From Octopus vulgaris (taxonomy: Eukaryota): 64,000 nucleotides of DNA. Made by a program: the position numbers and the translations under genes. Positions 1 through 12,298 of this stretch are shown piece by piece. The notes beneath the pieces are model-generated. The model made no database searches and had not been told where the DNA came from. It saw only the letters and a list, made by a program, of their open reading frames with translations. Numbering within the stretch: the stretch's first letter is position 1; every line of letters begins with the position of its first letter. The stretch covers positions 28,520,001-28,584,000 of the forward strand of contig OX597825.1 in the NCBI GenBank assembly GCA_951406725.2, in the 5' to 3' direction.

Positions 1-1
1 G

Positions 2-3000
2 GCTATCAAATACAAAATTAACTTACGCAATGAATTTGTCTTTGGGGCAGTAAAAGATTTAAAACCGAAGAATTTGTATGACAGTAAGCTGAAATCATCG
101 TTGGAAGCAGTGAAAAGAACTAACTTGAAAGTAATTTTTCTGTTTGCTCCATTCCATATACAGCCAATCGTCTTTCGAGAAGCCTATCTTATGAACCTTT
201 CTTCTCTGCATGGATTCCAATGGGTTTTAATGAAAAAATACGCGCGAGAGTTTCCATTTGAGAACCATTCGGTTTGTAACAAAACATTAGAATGCACATT
301 AGCTTTTACTGGAACCTACCTCTTTGATTCGACCTACAATGTATCGGGTTACCAAACAGATAGTTGGAAACGAGTTCTTAATTATTATTTTAAAGAAGAC
401 CGTGTACTTTACAAAGGTGGAAGAGTTCGTCATAGGTCCTTTGAAATAGGAGCGTTAATGGGATTGGGTTATGACGCCGTGCACCTTTACGCTAAAGCGT
501 TAGCCATACTTCTCAATAAACGACTAACAATTAGAGGTAACAAAGTTAATTGGCTCATGCGCAAGACAACTATACATGGACTAACAGATAACGTATCTTT
601 AAATGCATACGGTGATAGAATTGGTTATTTCGGTTATCTGGCCCAAGTTAACCCAATCCCACGTTGGCCATATTTGCCGAAATCTAAAGTTATAACTTAC
701 GTAAAGTGTATTAAGAGATCGGAAGACGGTATTCAATTAGAAATACCTTACGAATCGGAAATACTTCCTCACAATAAAACTGCGGCACTGGTAGCATTTC
801 CTGTCAGTAAGGCACATAACACTAGACGATACATATCTTTATCGGGGATGGTTAGTCTCAATACACAAAAAATGATGCCAAAAGAGGGTGAAGATTGGCC
901 GCCAACCATTTTTATTCGGACAGAAAGTATAGTTCCACCATATTATTGCGTTCATGCCTGTGGATACAAATTAAAAGACCCCGGTAATATTAATGTTTTC
1001 GATCGAGGAATATGTCGTCCTGGTAACAAATGCGAATGCTTTGAAGGATTCGGGGGGAAGCATTGTCTCTCTGTTCAGTGCCATTGTTTACACGGCCTTT
1101 GCACTATTGAAGGTTCTTGCATATGTAATCCTGGTTATACAGGCCCCTCTTGTGGTGCAGCAATTTGTGAGGATTGTAATTTTGGTGTATGTGTAAAACC
1201 AGGTGTATGTGAATGCACTACTATAGTATATTTCGGTGAAAATTGTGCTATTCATATTTCATCCATCATTGTTCCAATATTATTTGCAGCACTTATTCTC
1301 ATTGGTATCTTTTATGTCGTGGCAGGAATAACTAGCTCGAAGACGAAAAGTATAATCTATCAAGACTGGATGATTGATTGGGACAACGTTACTGTACCTG
1401 AAGAATTAGGTATGGTAGGACAATCCAAGGGAATAATTAACAAAACGGTTGCAGCTTATAGATGGGACGATGAGAACTGGTATGTGAAAAAGATTAATAG
1501 TAAGACAATTCCTCCTGAAGATAAAAAGATTATTTCAGACATGGTCAAGTTAACTAAAACTAGACATTATAATCTAATTCGATACGGTGGATGCTGTTTG
1601 ACTTATCCTAACGTCAGTTTGTTCATGGAAATTGCTGACAAGGGGAGTATAGCGGATGTACTTGCCAATGAAACATTTGAGATCGGATGGGAATTTGGAT
1701 TTTCATTTTTAAAAGATATATGTTGCGGAATGGAATATTTGCATGACAAATCTGAAATCAAAAGCCATGGACGTCTGAAATCTTCCAACTGCTTGGTTGA
1801 TAAGCGCTGGACTGTACGTCTGTCAGGATTTGGTGCACCGTCTCTTCGTTATGGCAGCTACAGAATCCCAGAGTCTGAAGAAATGTCTGATTTAAAAGAT
1901 CTTTTTTGGACCGCACCCGAACTACTAAGGGATAACACAAATCTCGATGGAGTAAAGTCGGGCACACCGCAAGGAGATGTCTATTCATTTGCTATCGTTG
2001 CATGTGAAATTGCGACGAAGGTAAAACCATACCATTACGAACTGAAACATTTAAGTGAAAAAAGCATTTTAGATCTCATTAAAGATTCACATTCACGGGC
2101 CAATAAAGAAATACGACGTGTATGGGAGGGTATTGGTGGAGGTAAAATGATTTTTACGAGACCAATTTTAAGTGAAGATTTATTACCACACAGTAATCTA
2201 TCTAAGAAGCTGTTTAAAATAATGCTCGAAGAGTCTTGGAATGAGAAGGCATCGTCTCGACCGACTTTTAATAAGCTTAGCATCATTCTAAATGAAATGT
2301 ACCCCATAAAAGGAGAACTTATAGATAAATTAATCCAACTCTTGGAAACTTACTCCAATAATTTAGAAATGGTTGTAATAGAAAGAACCAGAGAACTAGA
2401 AGAAAAAAAAGCTAAAGCTGAGCAGCTATTGGGCCAGATGTTGCCCCCGAAAGTAGCTTGTGAACTGAAGCAAGTTGGTAAAGTGATACCGGAATTATTC
2501 GAAAATGCCACGGTATTCTTCAGTGATATCGTAAATTTTGACCGAATATGTAAAGAAAGTAAACCAATGGAAATCGTTGATTTTTTAAATGAAGTTTATA
2601 AAATATTTGACTCAGTTTTGGACGGCTATGATGTTTATAAAGTGGAAACCATCAGCGCTTCCTACATGGTAGTTAGTGGTATTCCAGAAAAGAATGGTGA
2701 TCGCCATGCAGGAGAAATTGCAACAATGGCTTTAGATCTGATGTCATATGCTACTCTACTCCATGTTCCCAACACGGAAAGTAATGTGCTACAATTACGA
2801 ATTGGAATGCATTCCGGCTCGGTAGTAAGTGGCGTGGTGGGGAAACTATTGCCTAGATTTTGTCTATTCGGAGACACCGTCAACACAGCTGCCAGAATGC
2901 AGTCTAGTTCTTATGCCTTACACATTCAAGTGAGCGAGACTACTGAAGCAATTCTTGATTCTTTAGGCGGTTATAAATTAGAATGTAGAGGGGAAAGAGA

Positions 3001-3115
3001 AGTAAGAGGTCGCGGATTAATGACAACGTACTGGCTGTGGGGTAAGGACACATTTATGAAAGAATTACCTGATATATCCCTAGCAGTCCCTCTCTCACAA
3101 CACACATTCAAATAA
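2..3115 (+). CDS. Receptor-type guanylyl cyclase-like protein, copy 1 (5'-partial, no lesion in the visible part)
   Basis: The frame is open from base 2 to TAA at 3113-3115. It encodes the C-terminal part of an ANF-receptor-like domain (GYDAVHLYAKA, IHGLTDNVSLNAYGDRIG), EGF repeats, a TM helix (IIVPILFAALILIGIFYVV), a kinase-homology domain (HGRLKSSNCLVD, LFWTAPELLR, GDVYSFAIV), a coiled coil (LETYSNNLEMVVIERT) and a cyclase ([28 protein letters not shown]). The G6 run at 1052-1057 is in frame. By homology the start lies ~1.9 kb upstream of the window. Confidence 0.93.
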   Translation, partial: AIKYKINLRNEFVFGAVKDLKPKNLYDSKLKSSLEAVKRTNLKVIFLFAPFHIQPIVFREAYLMNLSSLHGFQWVLMKKYAREFPFENHSVCNKTLECTLAFTGTYLFDSTYNVSGYQTDSWKRVLNYYFKEDRVLYKGGRVRHRSFEIGALMGLGYDAVHLYAKALAILLNKRLTIRGNKVNWLMRKTTIHGLTDNVSLNAYGDRIGYFGYLAQVNPIPRWPYLPKSKVITYVKCIKRSEDGIQLEIPYESEILPHNKTAALVAFPVSKAHNTRRYISLSGMVSLNTQKMMPKEGEDWPPTIFIRTESIVPPYYCVHACGYKLKDPGNINVFDRGICRPGNKCECFEGFGGKHCLSVQCHCLHGLCTIEGSCICNPGYTGPSCGAAICEDCNFGVCVKPGVCECTTIVYFGENCAIHISSIIVPILFAALILIGIFYVVAGITSSKTKSIIYQDWMIDWDNVTVPEELGMVGQSKGIINKTVAAYRWDDENWYVKKINSKTIPPEDKKIISDMVKLTKTRHYNLIRYGGCCLTYPNVSLFMEIADKGSIADVLANETFEIGWEFGFSFLKDICCGMEYLHDKSEIKSHGRLKSSNCLVDKRWTVRLSGFGAPSLRYGSYRIPESEEMSDLKDLFWTAPELLRDNTNLDGVKSGTPQGDVYSFAIVACEIATKVKPYHYELKHLSEKSILDLIKDSHSRANKEIRRVWEGIGGGKMIFTRPILSEDLLPHSNLSKKLFKIMLEESWNEKASSRPTFNKLSIILNEMYPIKGELIDKLIQLLETYSNNLEMVVIERTRELEEKKAKAEQLLGQMLPPKVACELKQVGKVIPELFENATVFFSDIVNFDRICKESKPMEIVDFLNEVYKIFDSVLDGYDVYKVETISASYMVVSGIPEKNGDRHAGEIATMALDLMSYATLLHVPNTESNVLQLRIGMHSGSVVSGVVGKLLPRFCLFGDTVNTAARMQSSSYALHIQVSETTEAILDSLGGYKLECRGEREVRGRGLMTTYWLWGKDTFMKELPDISLAVPLSQHTFK

Positions 3116-3173
3116 AGCCTCCAGAGCATAAATTCATCTATAAAACACCATACGTATTGTAGTATGTGTTCAT

Positions 3174-3322
3174 TTATGTATGTATGTATGTATGTATGTA
3201 TGTATGTATGTATGTATGTATGTATGTATGTATGTATGTATGTATGTATGTATGTATGCATGTATATTTGTATGTATGTATGCATGTATGTATGTGTGTG
3301 TGTGTGTGTGTGTATGTGTGTG
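3174..3322. repeat. (TATG)n/(TG)n microsatellite just 3' of the gene; homologous tracts follow every copy
   Basis: Directly visible tetranucleotide and dinucleotide repeats. Confidence 0.95.
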
Positions 3323-3994
3323 CGTCTTTCCTAGTTTTTAATCATTAGAAATCTTCCACTGAGGACGGAGCCGGTTTCCAACAAAGATACAAGGCTCCAT
3401 CTGTGGGATGTAGTTAACACAGACAAATTCACAATTGGAACTTGAGAAAATTCTTGCATATATTTACTGTTCCACCCACAGATTGTACCTGTAATGTACG
3501 AATTAGCCGGCCAGTTTCTCTTTCTGAAAATCCCAGTTTATCCCGATTCTTACTAAAGCATTTACTGACAAAACCTAATGCTCTAATTATTATTTGTATG
3601 AATATGAATTCATAGTCTGGATATAGAAGCTGCAGGTTTCGAAGTGGTTGTCCATAGATATTTTCTTTTTCTTTGATTTTCTATGAGTTATTTATATCTA
3701 CAGAGCAGCTGACCTCTATGATGATACATATCTTTGTCCGTTGTCCCAAACAACAATATCCAGTCTGTTATGTTTACATTTGACAGAAACTTTAATGGGA
3801 ATATTCCGCTACTATCCCTTGAGTTGGTGTTTATCAATGTATTTCATAACACGGATTTTTAAGGGTTATTTCAGGATACACTTTATTGCGGATGGCATTC
3901 TGAACAGTTTTAGCTACATCATGACGCATAGGGAGTTAGTACCGTGGCGACTTTTTAAGATAGCAGCTAATCACATGCGGGATGACTTCCATGC
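3323..3994 (-). mobile_element. Degenerate 3' fragment of an RLE-type (R4/Dong-like) non-LTR retrotransposon, unit 1
   Basis: Hand translation of the minus strand gives EVIPHVISC..RY*LPMRHDVAKTV (zinc knuckle plus RHD), NIPIKVSVKCKHNRLDIVVWD (degenerate HNRPD) and IIEVSC..KEKENIYG, the restriction-like endonuclease motifs. It is flanked by (TATG)n on both sides. Confidence 0.75.
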
Positions 3995-4250
3995 GTGTAT
4001 GTATGTATGTATGTATTTATGTATGTATGTATGTATGTATGTATGTATGTATGTATGTATATATGTATGTATGTATGTGTGTGTGTATGTATGTATGTAT
4101 GTGTATATGTATATATGTTTGTGCATGTATGTATGTATGTATGTATGTATGTACGTACGTATGTATGTATGTATGTATGTGTGTGCATGTATGTATGTAT
4201 GTGTATATGTATATATGTGTGTGCATGTATGTATGTATGTATATTGTGAA

Positions 4251-4556
4251 GTTGCATGGCTCAGCGGTTACGATCAGAAAGTTATGAGTTCGAACCCCGG
4301 CAGCGCGTTGTGACCTTTAGCAAGATACTTTAATTCACGTTGCTCCTCTCACCAAACAAAAATGAAATGTACCTGTAATTCAAATGGGAGCAGCCTTTCC
4401 ACTTTCTATGTCACACTAGATCTTCCTCAGAATTAAATTCCGGTTACACGTGCCTGTGGAATGCTCCGTCACTTGTACTTTAATTTCACGGGTAGGCTGT
4501 TCCATCTATCGTATCAACTGGTACGCTGGTCGTCGTAGCCGACGGAAAAGTAGCGC
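4251..4556 (+). mobile_element. tRNA-derived SINE, unit 1
   Basis: Pol III A-box-like TGGCTCAGCGG and B-box GAGTTCGAACC, followed by a core-like GTGACCTTTAGCAAGATACTT; the element ends in the (TA)n/(TAA)n tract. Confidence 0.65.
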
Positions 4557-4686
<130 letters not shown>

Positions 4687-5089
4687 GGGAGTATAACTCC
4701 AAACTGAGAAAATGTGAACTTTACAATAGAAAAAAGTGACGGTGCTGTTTTTTTCTTAAAACGTACTGTATTCATATATTATTCGCATATAAATGTTAAA
4801 AAATATTCAGCCCATCTTCACTACAAAATGAAATTGAAATTGGTAACAATTGGAATCAATTCCACCATTCTACAAGATTTCATCTGATTTTTAAAATTGT
4901 TTCTAATTTTGAAAATTCCTCATGAAACTGTTTTGTTCACATTTTGTTTTTAATTCAACTTCACATACTTACATGTATAATAGAAAATTTGTTCCAATAA
5001 AAAGAAATGTGGCTATATTTGATGTTTTATTGAAAACTTTTATTATTCACTTTTCACTTGTAATAAAATTCATTTGGTTATTTCATTTA

Positions 5090-6870
5090 TCATGACTTTG
5101 ATAGATTTCGGCCAGTATAGACCCAGGACATGTCTAATTTAATAACACCAACTGGTGAAATCTTTTAGTGATATATTGGGCACCATGGCCCACTTTATCA
5201 AAGAGTTATTATTGTTGGAGACATATCTGGGTGTAGGAATTTTTGAAGAAATTTGTCCAGTGAACTTTTGAATTTCATGGGACCCGTTTCCGTTTTGACT
5301 TAATTTGATATTAAAGAGAGCTGGACCAGTTGAGGTAAAGTAGCTGTGGCATAGTGTTTTTATGTGTCCTGACTTCGAATTTTATAGTGGGCTGATAGCA
5401 CGGGGGCCAAGTCTTGGATGGATTTTAAAATTGATGCCAACATCATTTGTGGAATATCGATGGAATAATTTCCATATTCCAAAAATGATGTAGAGGTCCC
5501 GGCGGCGTTGGAGAGAGTAGAGATTAAGTTTTTTTGTCGACCCCAATAGTCAATGCCTGTTATGCCGTCCATCTTTCTTGTTATTGACATCTGGAGTGCT
5601 TCCATTCACGTAATGAGTCACTTCTGATTGGGAGACCACAGTGGGCAACAGTATTCAAGGTAGGGTCGAGCAAAAGAAAAGTAGAGAAGGATGATGGTGT
5701 GGGCATCTCTTGACCGGTAAGTTCTCAGAATATAGGAGTACAACTTGCGGGCCAAGTCAACCTTGTTGTTTACGGAGGAACTCCAGCTTAGATTGTAATC
5801 AACAATTACTTCAAGGTCTCTGGTGTTGTTGGATGACACTAGGGAGTCACCCAAGAGAAGGGCATGTAGCTGTTTCAGAGCATCCCCTTTTACGAAGCGG
5901 ACCAAATTAAACTTGTCTTCATTTAGAAGCATATTGTTCTTTTCCGCCCATTGGACAACAACAAACAGATCCGACTGAAGGCATGTTCGGTCTCCCATAG
6001 CGTTTATGGCCTTATGGAGTTTGGAATCATCTGCATGATGTCGTCTATGTTGTCATTGATGTTGATAAGGAAGAGGAGTGGGCCCAAAACAGTGCCTTGT
6101 GGGACACCACTACTGACTTTGGCTGAGATTGATCGGATTGCCTCAAACACAACATGTTGGGTTCTGTTCGTCTGGAAACTCTTTATCCACTGCAGCAGCT
6201 TTTCACGGACTCTAGTATTGGACAGTTTTTTTCAGCAGGATTTTGTGATTCAATCTGTCGAATGCCTCGTCAGCTTTGGAGCCTTCTCACAAAGCTTTTA
6301 AAATATCATCAAAATGGTGCAGAAGCTGCGGCAGGCAGTTCCTGCCATCACGGAAACCATGCTGGTTGGGGTTCAGCAGATTATTGTCTCCGAAGTAGTG
6401 AGTTATTCACGATTTCAACACCCTCACGAATACTTTAATGATATAAGAAGAGAGTGAAAGTGGACGGTAGTTCGCTGCAAGAGATTTGTTTCCCTCTTTG
6501 AAAACTGGAACGACAGACTAGGAAAGAAAATAATCAGGAATGCAGCCTGTGTCAAGTGAATTCCTCCAGAGCTCAGCTAGAGTGGGTACAATTTGATGTC
6601 GACATGTCCTCAGGACAGTGGGCGAGAACTTAACGAACCTACAACCGAGTTGTGTTTGATTGTATCTATTTCTGTTAGGATATCCGGTGCACCAAAATTT
6701 ATGCCAGATATAGTTATTTGAGGGTTTACATCACTGATATTAGCCGGATCAACCTCATTAGCGTTACTGAAAACAGAGTAGTAAACAAAAACGGAAGGAA
6801 ATGTATGTTCATCTGTTTCTAGGATGTTCATTCCAGTTGTATGGTAAACTGAAATGGTAACTGATTCAAC
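5090..6870 (-). mobile_element. Old degenerate CR1-like LINE, reverse-transcriptase remnant, unit 1
   Basis: Minus-strand fragments SGVPQGTVLGPLLF, LQSDLFVVVQWAEKNNMLLNEDKF, RPYLEYCCPLWSP and LYSLQRRRD resemble the young element at 20198-22453 but carry many frameshifts. Confidence 0.85.
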
Positions 6871-6900
6871 TGGTATTTTTTTTATTATTATCAATTTTCA

Positions 6901-6988
6901 AAGGATGAAAGGCAACGTTAAACTAGGTAGAATTTGAACTCAGAATGTAAAGCATTTTGCCTAGTGTGCTAATGATTCTGTCAGCTCG
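6901..6988 (-). mobile_element. Short SINE head fragment, present in each unit
   Basis: The minus strand reads ...CTGAGTTCAAATTCTACC...TTGCCTTTCATCCTT, with a B-box-like GAGTTCAAAT, resembling abundant octopus tRNA-SINEs. This rests on recognition only, not a database search. Confidence 0.45.
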
Positions 6989-7580
6989 TAGTCTTGTGTT
7001 TAGACTATATTAACATAGAACTGAGTATACCCCAGCACACATTACATGCACGTATATATTAATGATGTAAACAAATACATGACAAGTATGCATAATACTG
7101 AAAAAGCATGAAGTAAATACATGCAGACAAATATATTAATTTAAGAAATATAAAAAATATACAAAATACTTTAGAAATCAATGAAGGGACAAAAGAAAAA
7201 GTAAGATGATACATGTTGACATTATTAGGTAATATGTAATTTCACAGGCGCTAAACTATAAATTTCACAGGGTAAAACCTTAAAGTTGACACCGCTAAGT
7301 TGACACCGCTACAACGCAGAAAATGTCTGTCTCACTATTCGCTAACAACACACAGTTTTGTCGATTTTTAAATGTCTGTAACGGTTTCGTCAAATTTTTT
7401 CTCCGCTTCTTATGAATAAGAGTGGAAAACTACTTCAATATAACCGATTTTCAGATTTTTACTTCCTTTAAAAAAATGCATATTCTGTGAATGAATTTAA
7501 CTAGATCTAGGTGGTGATTGACCACGAAAAAAAACATAGATGTGAATGTGCGCGCGTGGATGTGTGCGTATGTGTGTGCG

Positions 7581-7633
<53 letters not shown>

Positions 7634-8329
7634 CCTTCCCCTGTTTTCTATCTGTCGCTCTCTCTCTTTCTTGCCCTCTTTTTCCCCGTCTGCAGCTTAC
7701 ACCTGACCTTTGGCCAGTCTTCCTTTCTTTCTCTCCCTTTTTCACTCCAGTTCCGTAGCTGAACGTTCGCAAATTCCCTATCTCATTGTCTTGCTATTTG
7801 CTGTTATCTATTCATTTAGGATGCCTTTTAAGCATTACCCACCATTCTTGCCTTTTTGGTTCTGAGGCTATATTTTGCTCGTTTCTTATTTATTTCGTCT
7901 TTTTCCATCGTCTTAAATTACATTTATTCACGTTCGTCTTTCCACTCTGCATTGTTTTGTTTGCTCTCGGCCCTATATTCTCCGAACTTTCGCCGGCACC
8001 GCTTGCATACGGAGTTCTCAGTCTTATCATTAATGGTGCGAAACTGAGTAATACCACCTAGTTGATAACAAATCGCAAATATTCTTGTCAAAAATGACAA
8101 AAATCAATGTTTTACCCTGCAACAAGTACCAAACATTCCAAAACAGTTGTGCAAAAACTAACTTGCCGCCCCGCAGGGCGAAAACCCTCCTCAAAACAAC
8201 GACAACTGTTCGACCTCAAGAGCGCAACCGTAACTTCAGCACACAAATCAACAACAAAAACACACCAATTAAACAAACACACTGAGCAACAGCAGCCGAA
8301 CCCAGAAGAATGACAAGCACCGGTTGGCG

Positions 8330-10050
8330 ATAAAATCTTTATTATGGTCAAACTGATCGTAGAAAGACAAAGACATTACAAGATAAACAAATACAAAAAT
8401 CTCATGAGTTCGAATGAGCATTAAGCTAAAAATGTACTGAAAAAATATTTTATGTAAAGATTAATTTTTACCTTTAACTATAACTTTTTAAACAAGTTTG
8501 ACTATAACGGAAATAAAGAAAGAAAACGAATCCGAACAGATCGAACCCGGCAGCCTATAAGGCCCAACAACTATCTTTTCCTTTCCTCAATGATTAAACT
8601 GGGTTACTAACACCCACCTATCTCATCACATCCTTCCATCGTTTCTCGTATTCACTCGGTGACAGGGTCTTCCTCTCAACCCCATCTTGCTCTTCAGATG
8701 GTATCTGAAATAGGACAGCAAACCGGGGCCAGAGACGAAGGACCCTGTCACAGAACCTTCCATTCTAGTCCTCCAAACACACTCTTTCAGTACTTCAAAC
8801 GTACAGTAAAAACATGCCTTACCTTCTTTTGAGTGTCCAGTTAGCGGTATCATCTTTATCATAGATCCACCCGACAGCTGTACTTGTCCCAGATTCGACA
8901 GCACGTGTTCAACGTAACATTTCAAGCTAGATAGCTCCCGGCATTCTAGAAAAGCGTGCTGGACAGTCTCATTTTCCAGCCCACATCTTGGACACGGCCG
9001 TGGTATTGACATTCGCTGCCTGGATAACTTATCGCGAACAGGTAAAGCATACCTGTAGCACTGACAGGTCAGGGATTTTTGGAAGTTATCCAAGTACCAC
9101 GAACTGAAAGATTTTTTAAACAGGTTCCCATCGAATCCTACAGCCCCTCCTAGAACGTCATCATTTTTTTTGCCTCTACCAGCCCTCTATAGAACACCGA
9201 GGTGGTATTCCTTTCCCAACTTGTCGATCAGCCAGAGTGCCTGACGGCACTCCTTCTGCCATAATGTTAGGTTACATCTTTTAATGAAACCGGGTTTAAA
9301 TCTCTCCAAACAGGCCGGTCGCGGCAAGAACTCCTACGCCAGCGGACTCCACACCTTATCACCCTCCAGGTGGTACCAGAGGTGTCTCAACCTCAACGCA
9401 TATCTGCGCATCATCAGCCAAGGCATTCCCAGTCCACCGTTTAACGGTTCCTCGCAGTAAAAAGAGCGCCTCACAAGTGGTTTCCTCCCTTCAGCAAAAA
9501 CTGGAAGAGGAGTCAATCTGTCCAGTGTCCAACGACACTGGACGATATCGGATTGTTCCTACAAGTGCCGAGGCGCAAACCGATCGATTCGACCTTGTAA
9601 ACTTTTGCCCTTGCCACCGCTTCGAATCGTCGGAGAGTATCTTCTACACGAAGTAGCTGAGTTACGTTGGATCCGATGAGGGTGACAGTTTCCCCTAAAG
9701 CAGAAAGAAACCCACTGCACCCGATTTCATTGGAGTTGTTTCCTAACTTCTCCAACTTCCGCAGTAATGGCTCAAGAACCAAGACGTACAGAAGCGGAGG
9801 CAAGGGACACCCTTGACGAACAGAACGCTTGATCGAAAACGGCTCCTTTAGGTAGCTGTTTATCTGGACTGTGGACTAGATGCCGCTGTACAAAGCGGAG
9901 ATCTTCCCGCGAAAGCCAGGGCCCAGCCTAGCCGCTTCGAGGACCGCCTCCAGGTACTGATGGTCTAACCAATCGAACGCTTTACTTTGGTCTAAATGGA
10001 CCTATGCCCTTCCTTCGTCGGTTAATTTCCCAACCATATCTAAGGTGTAG
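8330..10050 (-). mobile_element. Degenerate Tx1/L1-clade LINE ORF2 3' half, unit 1
   Basis: Minus strand gives KAFDW..HQYL, SVRQGCPLPPLLYVLVLEPLLRKL, GGLGMP and a C-terminal zf-RVT-like CPRCGLENETVQHAFLEC. It has a ~220-bp internal deletion at ~9514 relative to unit 2. Confidence 0.85.
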
Positions 10051-10054
10051 CGGT

Positions 10055-10790
10055 GAAGGTGAAGTTTCAGCCTTTCATTAAACTTTCTTCACATATTTTC
10101 AAAATAACTTGTTTCTTTAGCCACGTATCATTTCTCAGTCGTTGCTTACATCACCGCCTCATCCCAAAAGGTTTCCGCTTCCATTTCGCCCTACTCTCCA
10201 TTCTGCTTCAACCATCCTTCCCATACTCCGTTCTACATCCTACCGCATTATGGGTGCCACCATTTGCTCCAATCTCTCTAAAATACATACCATCGACCGC
10301 CCTCTCCCTCCGGCTTTTTCCATCTTTTCCTCCTCTCTGTCCCCCTCCCATTCTCACAAAACGTTGCCATATATAATTCATTTAACTCATCTCTTTCATC
10401 AATATTTTGCCAACACCAAACTTCGTAAACTCCACTCTCTCCTCCATTCCTTCACACATGATGCCACTATCCCAACTCCTCCACTACCTTCCCTGACACC
10501 CACTCCAACCCACCCATCCTTGTCCCTCCAAACGCCCCTCACACATCCACACTTCTCCGTCCCAGCCTTCCACCAGCCCTACCACTCCTACTTCTATTCC
10601 ATCAAATCCTCCTACTTCTATTCCGTCCTCCCCTTCTCTACTTCAGTCTCTTGTTACCATTCCCCCAGATCTTTTCTCTGAGGCGGATCGCTCCATCCTT
10701 TGAAGGGGCCTTCGTTTACTCTCCCTCACTCCATCCTGCAATGAATTTCATACTCCTGCTAATATCCACAACTTTGTGCGCCGTGGTGTG
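10055..10790 (+). mobile_element. Penelope-like element N-terminal fragment, unit 1
   Basis: HVSFLSRCLHHRLIPKGF, a Pro-rich linker, then VTIPPDL..SEADRSIL*RGLRF match the H..FL..C....IPKG and TIP....LS..E...L.KGL.F motifs typical of PLE ORF N-termini. Confidence 0.65.
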
Positions 10791-10845
10791 TGCGCTTTTC
10801 CGCTACACTCTACCCGCATCTAACTGCAACTTATACAGAAGTATT

Positions 10846-11262
10846 GGACCCTTTCTGTTTGAACGGCAGTTTTTAACACAATTTCTAGGTAACTAAAAAA
10901 TTTTAAACTTCGTATACTGGTAGAATGTGTTTATAAAACATCTTTTTCTCTTGGCTTTATTGGGAAACTTTCATAGTTTGTAAGATATTTCGTCTCTAAT
11001 TTCTTGCATTTCGGCAATTTCAACCAATCAATGACCGTCTATTGAGGTGAAAACATTTTGTGCCGTATGAATATGTCCCTCGTTTAAGAAACAGATTGGG
11101 TTTATTTACATTTGTGAAGAAAAAAAAGATACCCTTCCCCCAACCCTAACCCTAACGCTAAAACAGATTGAAATGCAATAGGTCGATCCTAGGGTCATAA
11201 TTATGGGTGACAATTTCATATGACACCGCTAGAAAAAACTGCCGTTCAAACCGAAAAGATCC
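10846..11262. mobile_element. Non-autonomous DNA transposon (MITE), unit 1, ~1.37 kb upstream of the gene start
   Basis: ~29-bp imperfect TIRs GGACCCTTTCTGTTTGAACGGCAGTTTTT and AAAAACTGCCGTTCAAACCGAAAAGATCC, with flanking direct repeat GAAGTATT / GAAGTATC. Confidence 0.85.
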
Positions 11263-12225
11263 GAAGTATCTACTTTTCACTATTATTCGTTCATACGCTA
11301 TTGTTTATTTACTATTGATTCACGAAATTATCTCAGATTCCAGATGTTATATAACGCAATTAAAAACAGCTCCGTATGAGAAGGGGAGGTAATCCCAAGA
11401 ATGAAGAAATTTCCAGAGGTGACAAACGATTAAGGGAAAGAAATGGCATACCAGAACAACAGGTAGATGTTTGGTTATGCGTATTTATATATGCGTCATT
11501 TGTTTAAAATTTGTATAAAATTCTATTATATGATAATGATATTTGGCACAATTTCGATTGTAGAGAAAAATGTAAATTTTTACAATCACACACTTGTCTC
11601 AGTTTCGAGGTGTCATTTACTAATAGAATTAAAGATTTCCAAAGCTTTTCGTGATCTGATTTCTTCAAAACACATCTAAAAACCATATCAAAAGCATTTT
11701 CATCTTTAAAATGTGACGGGTGTAACAGTAAAAAATTACACAGGGAAAACATGTCAGAATGCAATCAGGTAAAGCAGATCTACAATGGTATTAAATTATT
11801 CACTTACAAAATTTTCAAGTGTATCCACACGCTTGGAACCAACATGGAAACATCTTGCGACACATGTTGGGAATATCCTCTTCATTTTCATTTGGCTAAA
11901 ATTTTCTTGTTGTGAGAAAATCTGTTCATCTGAATTAATCAATAAATATATTAAGTATGTGAGCGCATGTGTGTGTGACTTCATACGTGTGTATGTATGT
12001 CTCAAGTATGTATGTATATATGTATACACGCACAAGCACACACACACAAACACACACAGATCCTTGCGCGTGCACGCACGCACACGTCGAACACAGCCAC
12101 ACACACACTCACGCACACATATATACGATTATGTGTATGTTTGTGATTACGTATGCTTATATGAGTGCAGGATTGTGTGTTATTGTGTGTGTGACGACAA
12201 ATGTGTACGTGTACGTGTGTATGTG

Positions 12226-12298
<73 letters not shown>

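Noticed and set aside
1603-2886. Short minus-strand ORFs repeated in every copy (MEDFRRPW..., MNRHLLAV..., MLTVSPNR...)
   Set aside because: They are antisense shadows of the cyclase CDS; their recurrence is explained by the duplication itself.
4687-4706. GGAGT-ATA-ACTCC mini-hairpin after the (TAA)n tract, duplicated in unit 4 at ~50790-50836
   Set aside because: A 5-bp stem is too short to support a function; the duplication is consistent with local slippage.
11141-11161. CCCTAA repeats as an interstitial telomere or fusion scar
   Set aside because: Only about three imperfect units, and they lie inside a MITE.
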